Source: an uncultured Nitrospiraceae bacterium
GTDB lineage: Bacteria > Nitrospirota > Nitrospiria > Nitrospirales > Nitrospiraceae
Length of the DNA: 64,000 nucleotides
Direction: 5' to 3'
NCBI GenBank assembly: GCA_963730935.1
Contig: CAVSTP010000003.1
Location: 128,001 to 192,000, forward strand
Numbering within the stretch: position 1 is the stretch's first letter; each line of letters opens with the position of its first letter. The position numbers and the translations under genes were made by a program. The notes under the pieces are model-generated. The model was given only the letters and a program-made list of their open reading frames with translations. It was not told where the DNA came from and did no database searches. Positions 18,034 through 30,354 of this stretch are shown here, in pieces.

Positions 18034-19194
18034 CTACACGACCACTTTCAGCAGGAGCTTCCAGACCTCATCCATCGGCACAAGCGTGACAAGTAGCGGA
18101 ACGTAAGGAAGAAAGGCTACGAAGAGGAGCTTCAAGACGTCATCTTTGCCCAGTGGAATGATTGACATGTCGCGCACGGCGGTCAATGAGTTGCCCAGGT
18201 GGTGGACGGCCCCGAAGTCAACCCCAGCGTCTCCTTGCACGGGTTCCCCCGACAGCCACTTTCGATCGACTTGCTTGATCTGTCGGCTGGCGAGTGCCCC
18301 GTAGTGGAAGACTGCGGAGTCCTTGGCCTCATAGAGCTGCCGTACAAATAACAGGAGCGGTCCAGCAATTACGATTACTAGAACCACCAAAAGGCCTCCC
18401 ACCTCCCATTCATATTGCAAAGGGGAGGCACCCTCGTAGACGACATGGTCGGCCACTTCGCCAGCCGTGGTGGCCGTCAGCGCGAATGCGAAACCGCCGA
18501 AGGCCAACAGTGATTCGCTGAGAAAGCCCAATCCGGCCGCTCCATCACGATGAGCGGGTGACAGATCGAGTTCCAGCCGCGAGATACGCCACAGCAGCCG
18601 CCACCAGAGGCCCAATCGCCACACCCATCGTAATAGCATAAACGAATAGATCGGAAAGGAGACCAAGAAGTACCAGCCACCGGCAAGGGTGACCACATGC
18701 CTGCCGTCTCCCGCTCCGAACCGCCACGTCGCCTCCGGGTAGTTGATGATGTACGTAAAGGCGATCAGGCTGTGGAGGTACGCGAATCCCAGCAGTACGG
18801 CTGCAACCCGGCTCGAACGGCTCAGCTGGACGATATCACGTATCACGTCCTGAAACCCCGATCGTGCCTCCTCGAGCACCAGGCCCGCATGCTGAAATTG
18901 CTGGACAACGGTCTGAAGTTGACGTTCGCACATGGCCTCGCCCAACAGGAACACCGGCACCGCAATGAGAAACCGCACATTGACCGCAAAGTCCATCAGG
19001 AAGGAACTGAGGCGGGTGGGTCCGATGGCCAACCCTTCTGCAGCCGCGAGCAGAGCCATCGGCGCCCAGGTGATGCACACGGAGTAGAGTACGGTGAGCC
19101 CCAGCCGACGTTTCCCTTCCCGCACAAGACCAAGCTTTTCCTGTAGACGGTACAAGGGACCTGCTGTAAAGAGAGGAAATTCGGCAAAACTCAT
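18034..19194 (-). CDS. conserved-type integral membrane protein of unknown function
   Basis: 386 aa, multiple TM segments, PAHRDGAAGLGFL motif. Confidence 0.8.
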   Translation of the reverse strand: MSFAEFPLFTAGPLYRLQEKLGLVREGKRRLGLTVLYSVCITWAPMALLAAAEGLAIGPTRLSSFLMDFAVNVRFLIAVPVFLLGEAMCERQLQTVVQQFQHAGLVLEEARSGFQDVIRDIVQLSRSSRVAAVLLGFAYLHSLIAFTYIINYPEATWRFGAGDGRHVVTLAGGWYFLVSFPIYSFMLLRWVWRLGLWWRLLWRISRLELDLSPAHRDGAAGLGFLSESLLAFGGFAFALTATTAGEVADHVVYEGASPLQYEWEVGGLLVVLVIVIAGPLLLFVRQLYEAKDSAVFHYGALASRQIKQVDRKWLSGEPVQGDAGVDFGAVHHLGNSLTAVRDMSIIPLGKDDVLKLLFVAFLPYVPLLVTLVPMDEVWKLLLKVVV

Positions 19195-19245
19195 GTTGCT
19201 TTCGGCCGGTGGAAGAGTGTGGGCAGGTCAATCATGTATTCGGAG

Positions 19246-20919
19246 TTATTCCAACGGGAGGCGTTCTTGGGCTTGAAGCTCAGGACTCGTCTGTTCAACC
19301 CGGTCCCCTGAAATAGACGAGCGGCCTGCCCGCAAAGAACTTTGCAAGGCCGGTTCTGATAAATGCAGACCAAGTGTGGACGTGGTGCCTTTTCCGATGG
19401 CACTCTCTTCTGTGAGCCATCCACCAATGGAATCCAAACGCTCTCGGATGCTGAGCAGCCCAAAGTGCTCGTCATCCGAAGGGACTTTGACAGCCGGATC
19501 ATACCCTCGGCCGTGATCTTCCACTGTGAGCACAAGCCTTTGGTCTGCATCGACCGTCAGCGCAACGATTGCACGGTCAACCCCAGCATGCTTCACCACA
19601 TTGATCAACAGCTCTCGTACGCACCGATACAGGAGGACGGCCTGATGCTGAGCAAGATTGAGCGGTTGTGGATCGAGGCGGAGATCAACTGTGAGGCCGT
19701 GGTTTTTCGCCATATTGTCCGCAAGCCAACGTATCGCGGCCTGTAGCCCTGATTGATGGAGTTCAGGCGGAACGAGTTCGGCCATCAGAGTTCGCGCGTA
19801 TTTTATGGAATGCTGCAGTGCTTCCGCGGTCTCTCGCATGTAGCGCTCAGTTTGGCGTGGAGAGGAATCCAGGGATTGTTGCGCCAATTGCAACTTGATG
19901 TGCCCTAAAGTGAGCAGTTGTGCGAGGTAGTCGTGCAGTTCGGATGCCAATGCACGGCGTTCACGCTCCTCCACAGTGGCTAATTTGGCAGAGATGTCTC
20001 GAAGCTTTTGTTCACCATCGGAGACCTGAGTTTCCAAATCCAGCTTACTGAGCCGTAATGCTATTTCGCTCTGTTTGACTTCGATGAGGCGCGCGGCCTG
20101 GTCGGCGTACAAATCCAGGATGCGAAGCTGTTCGTCACTCGGCCTACCCGCATTAGTGGAATAGGTCGTGAGCACCCCCAGAACCCGACGATCGCCCGCG
20201 AAGAGCGGTGTTGATTGAGCAGAGACGACGTGGTGCCTGGCATAGAGGGGAGCCAGCTGCGAAAATTCTGTGTCGGTCGTGATATTTTCAACAATGACGC
20301 GCCGCCGGCGTTGGTAGGCCGCACCACAGGTGGCTAAATCCAGCGGCATGCGTTGAAACTCATGTAGAAAGTTACCATCGAAGCCGACCTGGGCCACCAT
20401 GTGCAACTCATTGGTTTTCGGGTCATAGAGCTGAAGGGTCCCTTTTGTCGCTTTCGGTAATTCCACCGCCGCCATCAGCGCACGCTGCAACACTGCATCA
20501 AAGGTTTCTTCTCCCAACAGACGCGTGCTCAGTTTGTGTAAACGCTGTAACTGCGAGTGAAAGCCCACCGCTTGAGACCGTTCATGCTCTTGCTGATGGA
20601 TAAAATACGCCATCGCAGTTCCTACGAAAGAAAACAAGAGAAGCGTGCCTAAATCGGCGGGACTAACCTCGAAACTATTCCCAGGGGGAATCAACCAATA
20701 GTCGATGACAATCGCAGAAAGGACAGTGGCAAAAAAGGCGGGCAGAAATCCCCACTTCCATGCGGTGAACATGATAGCCACGAGAAACGTAATAAAAGGT
20801 GGAGAGGTGCTGATATACGGCTGGATGAACGATTTTACGGCAAACGCAAGGCAGACCGTGAGAGCGGCTAGGATATACGGGCGAATCAAGCGGAGATGGG
20901 CGCGCACACAAGGACCCAA
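19246..20919 (-). CDS. membrane sensor histidine kinase (DUF4118-GAF-HisKA_3-HATPase, NarX/UhpB type)
   Basis: ERERRALASELHD, RELLINVVKHA, DHGRG, FGLLSIRER; start uncertain. Confidence 0.92.
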   Translation of the reverse strand: MGPCVRAHLRLIRPYILAALTVCLAFAVKSFIQPYISTSPPFITFLVAIMFTAWKWGFLPAFFATVLSAIVIDYWLIPPGNSFEVSPADLGTLLLFSFVGTAMAYFIHQQEHERSQAVGFHSQLQRLHKLSTRLLGEETFDAVLQRALMAAVELPKATKGTLQLYDPKTNELHMVAQVGFDGNFLHEFQRMPLDLATCGAAYQRRRRVIVENITTDTEFSQLAPLYARHHVVSAQSTPLFAGDRRVLGVLTTYSTNAGRPSDEQLRILDLYADQAARLIEVKQSEIALRLSKLDLETQVSDGEQKLRDISAKLATVEERERRALASELHDYLAQLLTLGHIKLQLAQQSLDSSPRQTERYMRETAEALQHSIKYARTLMAELVPPELHQSGLQAAIRWLADNMAKNHGLTVDLRLDPQPLNLAQHQAVLLYRCVRELLINVVKHAGVDRAIVALTVDADQRLVLTVEDHGRGYDPAVKVPSDDEHFGLLSIRERLDSIGGWLTEESAIGKGTTSTLGLHLSEPALQSSLRAGRSSISGDRVEQTSPELQAQERLPLE

Positions 20920-21103
20920 TTAAGATGTTTCAAAAGTCGTCGTCGGAAGCGGACCTACTCTAAACCTTACAGAGAATTATTGCCATACGGATGCGAGCGG
21001 CGGAATCGTGGTTAACAGCTCATACTACATTCCTCCCATTGACACATGCCGACGACCTCTTGGAAGGCCACGACCGCCGGATTATGAGAAAGATAGTCGT
21101 CCG

Positions 21104-21313
21104 ATGGCGGATCCTGAACATACGTCCATCCGTAAAGAAGTTCGTGCGTACTTAGGCGCCTGTGTGGCTCTGTTGAACGGAGAACCTGGATCACACGATG
21201 GATTCATGCTGGCAAGTGAGACATTTCAACCACGAGATCGTAAACTGACTGAGAATGAAAGGTTCTTGGTCCAAGAGATGATTTTTCGTCTCTCCGTGAA
21301 GCTTGCTCAATAG
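21104..21313 (+). CDS. small helical hypothetical protein (69 aa), divergent from the kinase
   Basis: IRKEVRAYLGACVALL...LTENERFLVQEMIFRL; resembles 13815..14016. Confidence 0.55.
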   Translation: MADPEHTSIRKEVRAYLGACVALLNGEPGSHDGFMLASETFQPRDRKLTENERFLVQEMIFRLSVKLAQ

Positions 21314-21482
21314 TTCCTCCGCACCTTCAGGGCTTTCCTCGCTACGTCCTCCTCAATCAAGAGCGTAAACCGTCTTCTTTCCATGGATACCGGGCAGGCT
21401 GGTCAAGGAGTGTCAATCGTCACATGGCCTCGGTGCATGGCGCGGGAGGCAGTGCGTCATCACGAAGGGAAAATAACCGATT

Positions 21483-21686
21483 CTAGGTATCTGACGATGG
21501 GTTGGAAGGGGGCTTGATCAATTTGGATAATTTCGGAATTTGCTCACTCAAGGCTACGCGAAGCTGCTGAACTTCCTCCTCGGTGATTCTGCCCTCAGCA
21601 CGTAGCCTGTCAATGAACTGATCATAGGGATCCGTTAAGACGCTGATAATTAAACTGAGGATGCGGCTGAGATCGGTCTTATCCAT
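21483..21686 (-). CDS. small hypothetical protein (67 aa)
   Basis: MDKTDLSRIL...EGRITEEEVQQLR; same strand as upstream genes. Confidence 0.45.
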   Translation of the reverse strand: MDKTDLSRILSLIISVLTDPYDQFIDRLRAEGRITEEEVQQLRVALSEQIPKLSKLIKPPSNPSSDT

Positions 21687-21725
21687 GACTCTTGGTCGTG
21701 CTCGCCAGGAGTCCCTCAAGCTCGC

Positions 21726-22070
21726 CTAGGCTGAACAGACGAATCTGTCCTCCGAAAACCCGCCACGCAACTGGGCTGTCACGAGGCGCCGGTAATCTAC
21801 GTGCTGCTTCAACATCGAGACCAACCCTTCGGCGTCGATCACAATGAGGAGCGCGTCTTCGGCCACCAGCGTCCGACCAGGATCACCGAAATTTACCCGA
21901 TATTGCGTCCGGCCATCAGGATTTCTACCCGGCCCGATCACTAACTCTGTCAGTCCGCAGATCACGCCTTCCCTATTGTTCTCCCGGAGGCGGACCTTGA
22001 TTCCGTCGGGTATTCTTATCCAGGCCTGTGTTGTTCTCTGGTTCACGGATCCGGTCTGAGGGTGTGTCAT
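21726..22070 (-). CDS. hypothetical protein, beta-rich (SH3/KOW-like)
   Basis: AAGGAG SD; follows the helicase; IPDGIKVR..EGVI..QYRVNF. Confidence 0.7.
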   Translation of the reverse strand: MTHPQTGSVNQRTTQAWIRIPDGIKVRLRENNREGVICGLTELVIGPGRNPDGRTQYRVNFGDPGRTLVAEDALLIVIDAEGLVSMLKQHVDYRRLVTAQLRGGFSEDRFVCSA

Positions 22071-22125
22071 GGTGCTCCTTTCACTGATGGGGCCATTTGC
22101 TACCGAAGACGCGGCCTGGACGGGA

Positions 22126-23376
22126 TCATGTTCGCTCTGGCGTCGCAAGGCGTTGGCCACCGTGCCGGCCGCTTTGTGCTTTCCACCCAGGTGAACGCAT
22201 TTCATGTCGCTGCTGAGGCCTCACCCGCGTCGGTCGACCCAATGAAGGCTGTTGGCTGTCAGAGGCCCATGGCACCGCATGGCCAAGCAGACGTTCGATG
22301 GCATGGAGCTGCTCTGGATCTTCAGCGGTGATAAAACTGGTGGCCCGACCGGTCGCCTTCATTCGAGCCGTCCGTCCGATTCGATGGACATAGTCCTCAG
22401 GACAATAGGGTAAATCGAAGTTGATCACGTGACCAATGTTGGCCACATCGATCCCTCGAGCGGCAATATCCGTCGCCACGAGCATGCGAAAGACGCCACG
22501 CTTAAAGCCGTCCAGCGCACTCCGACGCTGCGAAAAGCTTCGATCGCCATGCAGGACGCCAACGCGATATCCCGCGCGGCTGAGCACAGCCCCCACATGA
22601 TCCGCTCGATGCTTGGTTCGGGTAAAGATAAGGACAGTCTCCTGCTCGTCCTTTAACAAGGAGAGGAGCAAATTTGGCTTGCCGGTATGGGTCGTATAGT
22701 GCAGCGCTTGCACGACGCCGTCCGCGGTGGTGGCCGAGGGCGTCGCCATCACGCAAACCGGGTCGTTGACGCTGGCTTCTCCAAACTGCCTCAGATCGGA
22801 CGGCAGCGTGGCGGAGAACAACAGCGTCTGTCGTTCCTCCGGGAGTGCGGTGAGGATCTGCTTAATCTGCGGTGCAAACCCCATGTCCAGCATTCGGTCT
22901 GCCTCATCGAGCACCAGGATCTTTATGGGGAGCAAATTGACGGTTCCGTTCCACATGTGATCGAGGAGCCGTCCAGGCGTCGCGACAAGAATATCTGGTC
23001 GCTGACGGAGACCCCGTAGCTGGGCCTGCATGTCTGCCCCTCCCACAAGGACTGTCGCAAAAATCCCGCGACGGCGACCAAGTGTCTCGATGGTACTGAG
23101 TATCTGGACCGCAAGCTCCCGGGTAGGAGCCAAAATCAAGACTTGAGGCTCGGTTTTCGGGAGTTGGGCCAACCGTTCAATGATCGGAATGACAAATGCG
23201 GCGGTTTTTCCCGTTCCTGTTTGGGCACAGCCGATCACGTCGCGCCCAGCCAGGGCCAAAGGAATCGCCTGTGTTTGTATGGGGGTGGGGGAAGAGAGGC
23301 CTGCTATGGCAAGATCCTTGACCAATGCCTCAGACACACCAAGATCGTGAAAATTAACTTGCAGAGACGTATCCAC
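22126..23376 (-). CDS. DEAD-box RNA helicase (RhlE-like)
   Basis: Q motif PTPIQ, AQTGTGKT, PTRELA, DEAD, SAT, ARGID, HRIGRTAR. Confidence 0.95.
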   Translation of the reverse strand: MDTSLQVNFHDLGVSEALVKDLAIAGLSSPTPIQTQAIPLALAGRDVIGCAQTGTGKTAAFVIPIIERLAQLPKTEPQVLILAPTRELAVQILSTIETLGRRRGIFATVLVGGADMQAQLRGLRQRPDILVATPGRLLDHMWNGTVNLLPIKILVLDEADRMLDMGFAPQIKQILTALPEERQTLLFSATLPSDLRQFGEASVNDPVCVMATPSATTADGVVQALHYTTHTGKPNLLLSLLKDEQETVLIFTRTKHRADHVGAVLSRAGYRVGVLHGDRSFSQRRSALDGFKRGVFRMLVATDIAARGIDVANIGHVINFDLPYCPEDYVHRIGRTARMKATGRATSFITAEDPEQLHAIERLLGHAVPWASDSQQPSLGRPTRVRPQQRHEMRSPGWKAQSGRHGGQRLATPERT

Positions 23377-23544
23377 TACTTATCCTTTCAGTATGATCGC
23401 ATGATGACGGGATCAGAGAACCGAGGGGAGAAACAACCAGGAAGGGTGCCGCTCCAGACTGGACCTGGTCGCGATGCGATCGCGAAGTCCGTGCTGTGCT
23501 TGGCATGTCCCCTGCCGGACTAATACGAGGGAACAACTGACGTG

Positions 23545-23573
23545 AGCATACAGGACCCTATCGGCGCAGTCAA
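23545..23573 (-). promoter_or_regulatory. putative sigma70 promoter of the helicase
   Basis: Minus strand TTGACT-17 nt-TATGCT. Confidence 0.6.
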
Positions 23574-23714
23574 TGCATTGTGAGCAACATGCACGGGGAA
23601 GGAAACGGCTTCGCAGGCAGGCGCTGTGGGACACGGCCCTCGATGGGGGCTCGACTTATGGTATTTGCGCGGCAGTTCGCGTGAATGGGGGAGTGGTATG
23701 CGATGGCCAAAAGA

Positions 23715-23740
23715 GCTTAGCGGGTGTGCTTAGCGGGTGT
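23715..23740. repeat. 13-bp tandem duplication
   Basis: GCTTAGCGGGTGT x2 across the PAS gene stop codon. Confidence 0.85.
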
Positions 23741-24104
23741 GATTGGTCTCTGAGGACTGTCCGGTCTTCAACTCGGTGATGTCTCGGAAAATCAGCACGA
23801 CCCCTGGAGAGGAAGGAAAGCCTTGAGTGTCATACCACCGTTGGTCTGCGGGCGAATAGACTTCGTGCTGGATCGGTCGCTGATCATCGAGCGCGCGGCG
23901 TAGTTGCTGCTCGGCCACTGTGCCTTTCAGGTAAGGGAACAATTCCCACACTGACTTCCCGATCGTTCCCCCGGGGTCATGCCCTAAGCGACGGAAGATT
24001 TGCACTGCCGCCTGGTTCATCGTCACACACTTTCCTTGCCCATCGAGTCGCACCACTGCATCTGCAATGTCGTCCAGCGTGGCCATTAAATCAGAAGTTT
24101 TCAT
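23730..24104 (-). CDS. stand-alone PAS-domain protein
   Basis: LDDIADAVVRLD..MNQAA..IGKSVWELFP..WY..FP..VLIFRDITE. Confidence 0.85.
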   Translation of the reverse strand: MKTSDLMATLDDIADAVVRLDGQGKCVTMNQAAVQIFRRLGHDPGGTIGKSVWELFPYLKGTVAEQQLRRALDDQRPIQHEVYSPADQRWYDTQGFPSSPGVVLIFRDITELKTGQSSETNHTR

Positions 24105-24291
24105 AAAAATTTGCGTGTGAGGGAGCGATTGTACGGGGGAGAACGCTCATTTGGCAAATGACTCCACTGGTGTCGGTTTTCGCTTCTTCTTTTGCTCGTT
24201 TCTTCTCTTAAAGCCGGAGATTGACTCAGCGCGAAAACGACATATATCCTCGTGATCACGGCCCGGGTGCTGTTCTGTTCGGTATGACGCG

Positions 24292-24981
24292 ATGAGGAAG
24301 GTGAATATAGCGACATCCATAATGGGGGTGTGTCTCGCGTCGCTGCTCATGTCGGCCTGTGGCCACGCCGAGCAAGAAAGAAAGATTGAATTTATTTATC
24401 TGGCGCTTGGAACAAGCGACGTTATTGGAGTCGGCGCAACGCCGCTCACTGAAGGCTATGTCTACCTGATCAATCAGGACCTGCAGCAGCGCATTCCCGG
24501 CACGTTTCTCATCAACCTTGGCTTTCCAGGCGCGCGCATTGATGTACTGAACGAACAGGTTCGCCTGGCCAAGCACTTCCACGGTGAAGCCGATTTGGCG
24601 ACTGTATGGGTCGGCGCGAACGATCTTGTCCATGGGGATGACCCTTCACGCTTTCAAAGCGACCTCAGACAGTTCCTCCGGAGGCTGCAGAGTTCGGTGT
24701 CGACGACTGTGGTGATCGCGAATCTTCCCGACTTGACGCAACTTCCCGCCTTTCACGCTATGGCCAATCCGGCCGTGACTCTGGCACGGGTCAAAGCTTT
24801 CAACATGGCCATAGAAGTGGAAGCGCCCTATGTGAATGCTTCAATCGTGAACGTCTTTGGGGAATCGTCCCCTGATGATTTTGCCTTTGATGAAAATGGT
24901 TTTCATCCGACGATCGAAGGACATCGGCGCATCGCCAGTTTGTTCCGAAAGGCTATACTCGAGCGGGTCGGGTCGCGATAG
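24292..24981 (+). CDS. SGNH/GDSL hydrolase lipoprotein
   Basis: Lipobox LMSAC; LALGTS (GDS variant), GAND, ENGFHP. Confidence 0.85.
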   Translation: MRKVNIATSIMGVCLASLLMSACGHAEQERKIEFIYLALGTSDVIGVGATPLTEGYVYLINQDLQQRIPGTFLINLGFPGARIDVLNEQVRLAKHFHGEADLATVWVGANDLVHGDDPSRFQSDLRQFLRRLQSSVSTTVVIANLPDLTQLPAFHAMANPAVTLARVKAFNMAIEVEAPYVNASIVNVFGESSPDDFAFDENGFHPTIEGHRRIASLFRKAILERVGSR

Positions 24982-25013
24982 AGGGTCGCAGACAGGAGAG
25001 GGCGGAGACAGCT

Positions 25014-25355
25014 CTAACTCGTCATGCTGTTCTTACTTGTCGAGCCATCAGCACAGTGCTGAGCGACGAAGCGTTGCAAGATCCGTTGTTGCGACTCATG
25101 CATCTTGATGAACTCCACGCCGAAGCGCTTCCCTTGCGTCCACCGGACAACTCCCAGTGTGACCGAGACCGGAAACCTGAGTCCCGGCAAAAACAGTTCG
25201 AGCTGCAGGGACTGTGCGTCTTCAACCGCCTCTGAGCTTTCGATGAGACAGCCTGGCAACGTCAGGTCCAGTACCTGTCCCTTTCCGACACGAGCCCCCG
25301 ATGTAAATGTGACGGGGAAACGGAGTCGGATGCGTGGTTTGTAGCGTGGTTTCAT
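25014..25355 (-). CDS. PilZ-domain protein
   Basis: RYKPR, DLTLPG, VVRW, FGVEF. Confidence 0.85.
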   Translation of the reverse strand: MKPRYKPRIRLRFPVTFTSGARVGKGQVLDLTLPGCLIESSEAVEDAQSLQLELFLPGLRFPVSVTLGVVRWTQGKRFGVEFIKMHESQQRILQRFVAQHCADGSTSKNSMTS

Positions 25356-26192
25356 GTGAGCGTTAACGCCTCCGACAGCTGAGCGTTTTTGCTGAATCTG
25401 ATGGCGCACTCGGCCTCCCTAGAGAGCAGGCTGACTATGCTGCCCTCCCTGAGCATGGCTCTCCCTCGGTCAAAGCTACCTTGCTTAAGAATAGCATTCC
25501 TTCTCCAAAATGGAGGGAATGGATATCGCCAGAAGAGGAGGGACTAGTAAAATTACCTGACCGGCTTAGGATGATTCGTAGTTAATGGAGGTCCCAACCT
25601 CGGGCGAGGATTTGGCTCAAGCCATCGAAAAGGCCGTCGCTGTCGTCGGTTCACATAGAGAGCTGTAGACCCGCGATTCCCTCGGCTGAGAATCTACCTG
25701 GCTGGCAGTCTGGCCGACAATTGCTAGCATTCGCGAAACCAGTTACAGATGGGATGGCACCCAGGATTCTGTTGATCGGAGCCCGCCTGAATGTGGAGAA
25801 GCCGAGCTGGGCGTCTTGCTCAGAGTGACGGAGGAGATTGATTATTTGTGGAGTAGGGAGTGTCCTTAAACGATCGCCTGGACTCAGATCAGCTATTGAT
25901 GACGACCACGGCCACGCCGACCAAGGCCATCAGGACCCACATTAGCTCTCTGTCTCCACAACGGCTCAAGAGGTTATGCACGGGTGAACTCCTTTCGGGT
26001 TCTCCTCCATTGATGAGCAAGACAGGTGCCCGTAGGAGGACTGGGGAATTTCCGTTTGTTTAGGTCCTGCGGTGATCGAGAATCGAGCGATTCCGCACGG
26101 GTCGCACTGTGCGAAAGGATGGGAATGTCTCAAGCGGGCTGGCTGATCTATGAAACTTGTCGGGCGTTTTCTAACGACTTCAGGAGGACGAC

Positions 26193-26432
26193 ATGGACGA
26201 TAAGGCCATCACAGCAGTATCCACTTCTCTCGCACTGATGCAGATACAAGTCAACGCCCTCGTGCTTTTGCTTGAGCAGCAATCAGGGGTGTCGGTCAAA
26301 GAGGACTTCCAGCGACTTATCAGCGAAGGTGTGCAAGCCGTCGGGATCGAGACCATGCAGGGGATTAAGAGCCGCATTTATGAGGGCATCCTCCAGCAAA
26401 ATCAAGGCGAAGCTGGGGACGGTGTTCATTGA
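26193..26432 (+). CDS. small hypothetical protein (79 aa)
   Basis: AGGAGG SD; helical composition. Confidence 0.55.
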   Translation: MDDKAITAVSTSLALMQIQVNALVLLLEQQSGVSVKEDFQRLISEGVQAVGIETMQGIKSRIYEGILQQNQGEAGDGVH

Positions 26433-26722
26433 GCCTGCTCAGGTCTTGCTCTCAACATCGCCATTCGAAAAGCGGTTACCGCGCAAGGAACGGTAGGTAG
26501 CAGTGGTTTCCTCGTCAAGAGCACCCAGATTGTTACGGCAATCAGGGCAACACTTCCCAACGCAAACGCCCAAAAGGCCACATACAGCGCCAAGAGTACT
26601 GAGGCGACACTGAATGAACCTAGTGTCTGTCCGACGACGAGATTCAAGCCAATGCCGATCCCCATCGACGCGGTGGCGCTTGTCACAATCCACATCATCC
26701 GTCTGCACGCCGTATCGTTCAT
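26426..26722 (-). CDS. small 2-TM membrane protein
   Basis: Hydrophobic ORF with AAGGTG SD, downstream of DUF3313 gene. Confidence 0.55.
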   Translation of the reverse strand: MNDTACRRMMWIVTSATASMGIGIGLNLVVGQTLGSFSVASVLLALYVAFWAFALGSVALIAVTIWVLLTRKPLLPTVPCAVTAFRMAMLRARPEQAQ

Positions 26723-26773
26723 CACATCACCTTTCAAGCACGAGGCTCAGGCCGAGCCTCGTGCCTTTCTCAC

Positions 26774-27478
26774 TTACGCCTTTGGTTGTATGCAGCCTGT
26801 CGCCTTGCGCAGGACGCAAAATTGATACGCGGACAGATCTGACCAGAATTCCACGCTGTTGTTGGCATCGCCCCATGCGTTGAAGAGCTCCTTGTCAATG
26901 AGGTTCTGGCCCCCGACGCGCCGGTCGGCCCCTGCGACGAGCAGTTCGGTCGTCTGGGCATCGTGGACGGTGAATTCGAATGTGATTTCCCCCGCAAAGG
27001 CCGGTTTTCCGCTGAAGAATGTCCATGCGCTGTTCAGCACTTGTAACTCCAAGCTCGCTTTGGATAAGAGCGCGGGTGCTACCCAGGATTTTTCAGCGTG
27101 GGTGATTGCAACCTGGATGACCATCGTGTTGGCCTCGGGCTGCTCGATCATCTCGTAATCTCTGGAGAGTTTCTGATAGAGCTTGCCGTAGAACGAATCC
27201 GCCAGCCTTTGCAGCTCATCGCGCTCCTGACGGGTCAGGCGGGAGGAGAAGCCGTCCCAAATCATGACCGGCTTGAGCATGATTCTGCGGTAGCTGGGCC
27301 AATCGACGTTCGGGTTCTTGTACGTCCGCAGAACGTCGCCCTGTGGCGCGTTCACGAGCTTCGCATGATGAGGCTTGAGGAAGTCGGACGGTTGGACATG
27401 TTTCGCCTGAAAGGTCGAGGAACATCCTCCTGCGAATCCCACCAGTGCGATGACGAGCGAGAGTTGAATCCGGTTCAT
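26774..27478 (-). CDS. DUF3313-family lipoprotein
   Basis: Lipobox AGGC; SDFL..Y.NP..YRRIMLKPV..D..T.ELL....DRR. Confidence 0.85.
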   Translation of the reverse strand: MNRIQLSLVIALVGFAGGCSSTFQAKHVQPSDFLKPHHAKLVNAPQGDVLRTYKNPNVDWPSYRRIMLKPVMIWDGFSSRLTRQERDELQRLADSFYGKLYQKLSRDYEMIEQPEANTMVIQVAITHAEKSWVAPALLSKASLELQVLNSAWTFFSGKPAFAGEITFEFTVHDAQTTELLVAGADRRVGGQNLIDKELFNAWGDANNSVEFWSDLSAYQFCVLRKATGCIQPKA

Positions 27479-27559
27479 GATGACTCCTTCTATTCCACCT
27501 TCATGTGGAATGGACGTAGTGTAAGTGAGAAACAAAATCGGCCAACGGACCGGATGCAT

Positions 27560-27575
27560 GGCACAGGGCATGCCG
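27560..27575 (-). promoter_or_regulatory. possible sigma54 -24/-12 promoter
   Basis: Minus strand CGGCATGCCCTGTGC (GG-N10-GC); an overlapping + strand match also exists, so orientation is ambiguous. Confidence 0.4.
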
Positions 27576-27717
27576 GTGCACCATTCGGCGTCTTGCCGAG
27601 CACAAGTCATTGACAGAACAAGGGAATGACGAGTCGACCGGCAGCAGACCTATTTCTCAGAGTGCATTCGCAGGCGGATTTCTGCCGAGACTCCGGCAAT
27701 TGCCGAAGCCATCGGCA

Positions 27718-29808
<2,091 letters not shown>

Positions 29809-30054
29809 CGCTCGGAGTCCTTTGGGGGCCCTAAGTATGCCCTTTTGCTGAGAGCGGCTCAAGTAGAGTCGGTAAAGCCCTGCGCACGGATCGTTTGAGT
29901 AATGCAATCCCATGAGCTTCGGAAGCCTCTCCATCCTCTCCGACAGTCTGGCATGTACGAAGTCCCCATAAGGCCATTTGCTTCCTTGTGCGCAGCAGGC
30001 TGGCGAGGTATACGCACACACCTTGCGGTGGTTCCGTATAAGGGAAGCACCTTA

Positions 30055-30354
30055 ATGAAGCAACGCAGCTATAACCGGATCGGCGTCGAATATTCGGCCG
30101 CATTTTCCGGAAGCTCCTATCGTGCCAATGGAATCGTCTTGAACCTGTCGATGGTCGGCTGCCGATGCCGTACCGGCGTTATCGTCCAAATAGGTGACGC
30201 GTTACGGCTATTGATACATGTACCCCGATACGAGCACCCGCTGTACGTCGCCTTGGCGGAGGTTCGATGGTCTGAGGGGCAGGAATTCGGAGTGGAGTTC
30301 ATTCATATGGAATTGGAGGACCGCCATCGCTTAGCTGAGGTGATTCGAGGATGA
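30055..30354 (+). CDS. PilZ-domain protein
   Basis: QRSYNR, NLSMVG, EVRW, FGVEF. Confidence 0.85.
   Translation: MKQRSYNRIGVEYSAAFSGSSYRANGIVLNLSMVGCRCRTGVIVQIGDALRLLIHVPRYEHPLYVALAEVRWSEGQEFGVEFIHMELEDRHRLAEVIRG

Noticed and set aside
21310..21390. 25-aa minus-strand ORF MERRRFTLLIEEDVARKALKVRRNY
   Set aside because: Too short with no clear SD; cannot be supported
23715..23740. Tandem repeat as CRISPR or functional array
   Set aside because: Only two adjacent 13-bp copies with no spacers; likely slippage
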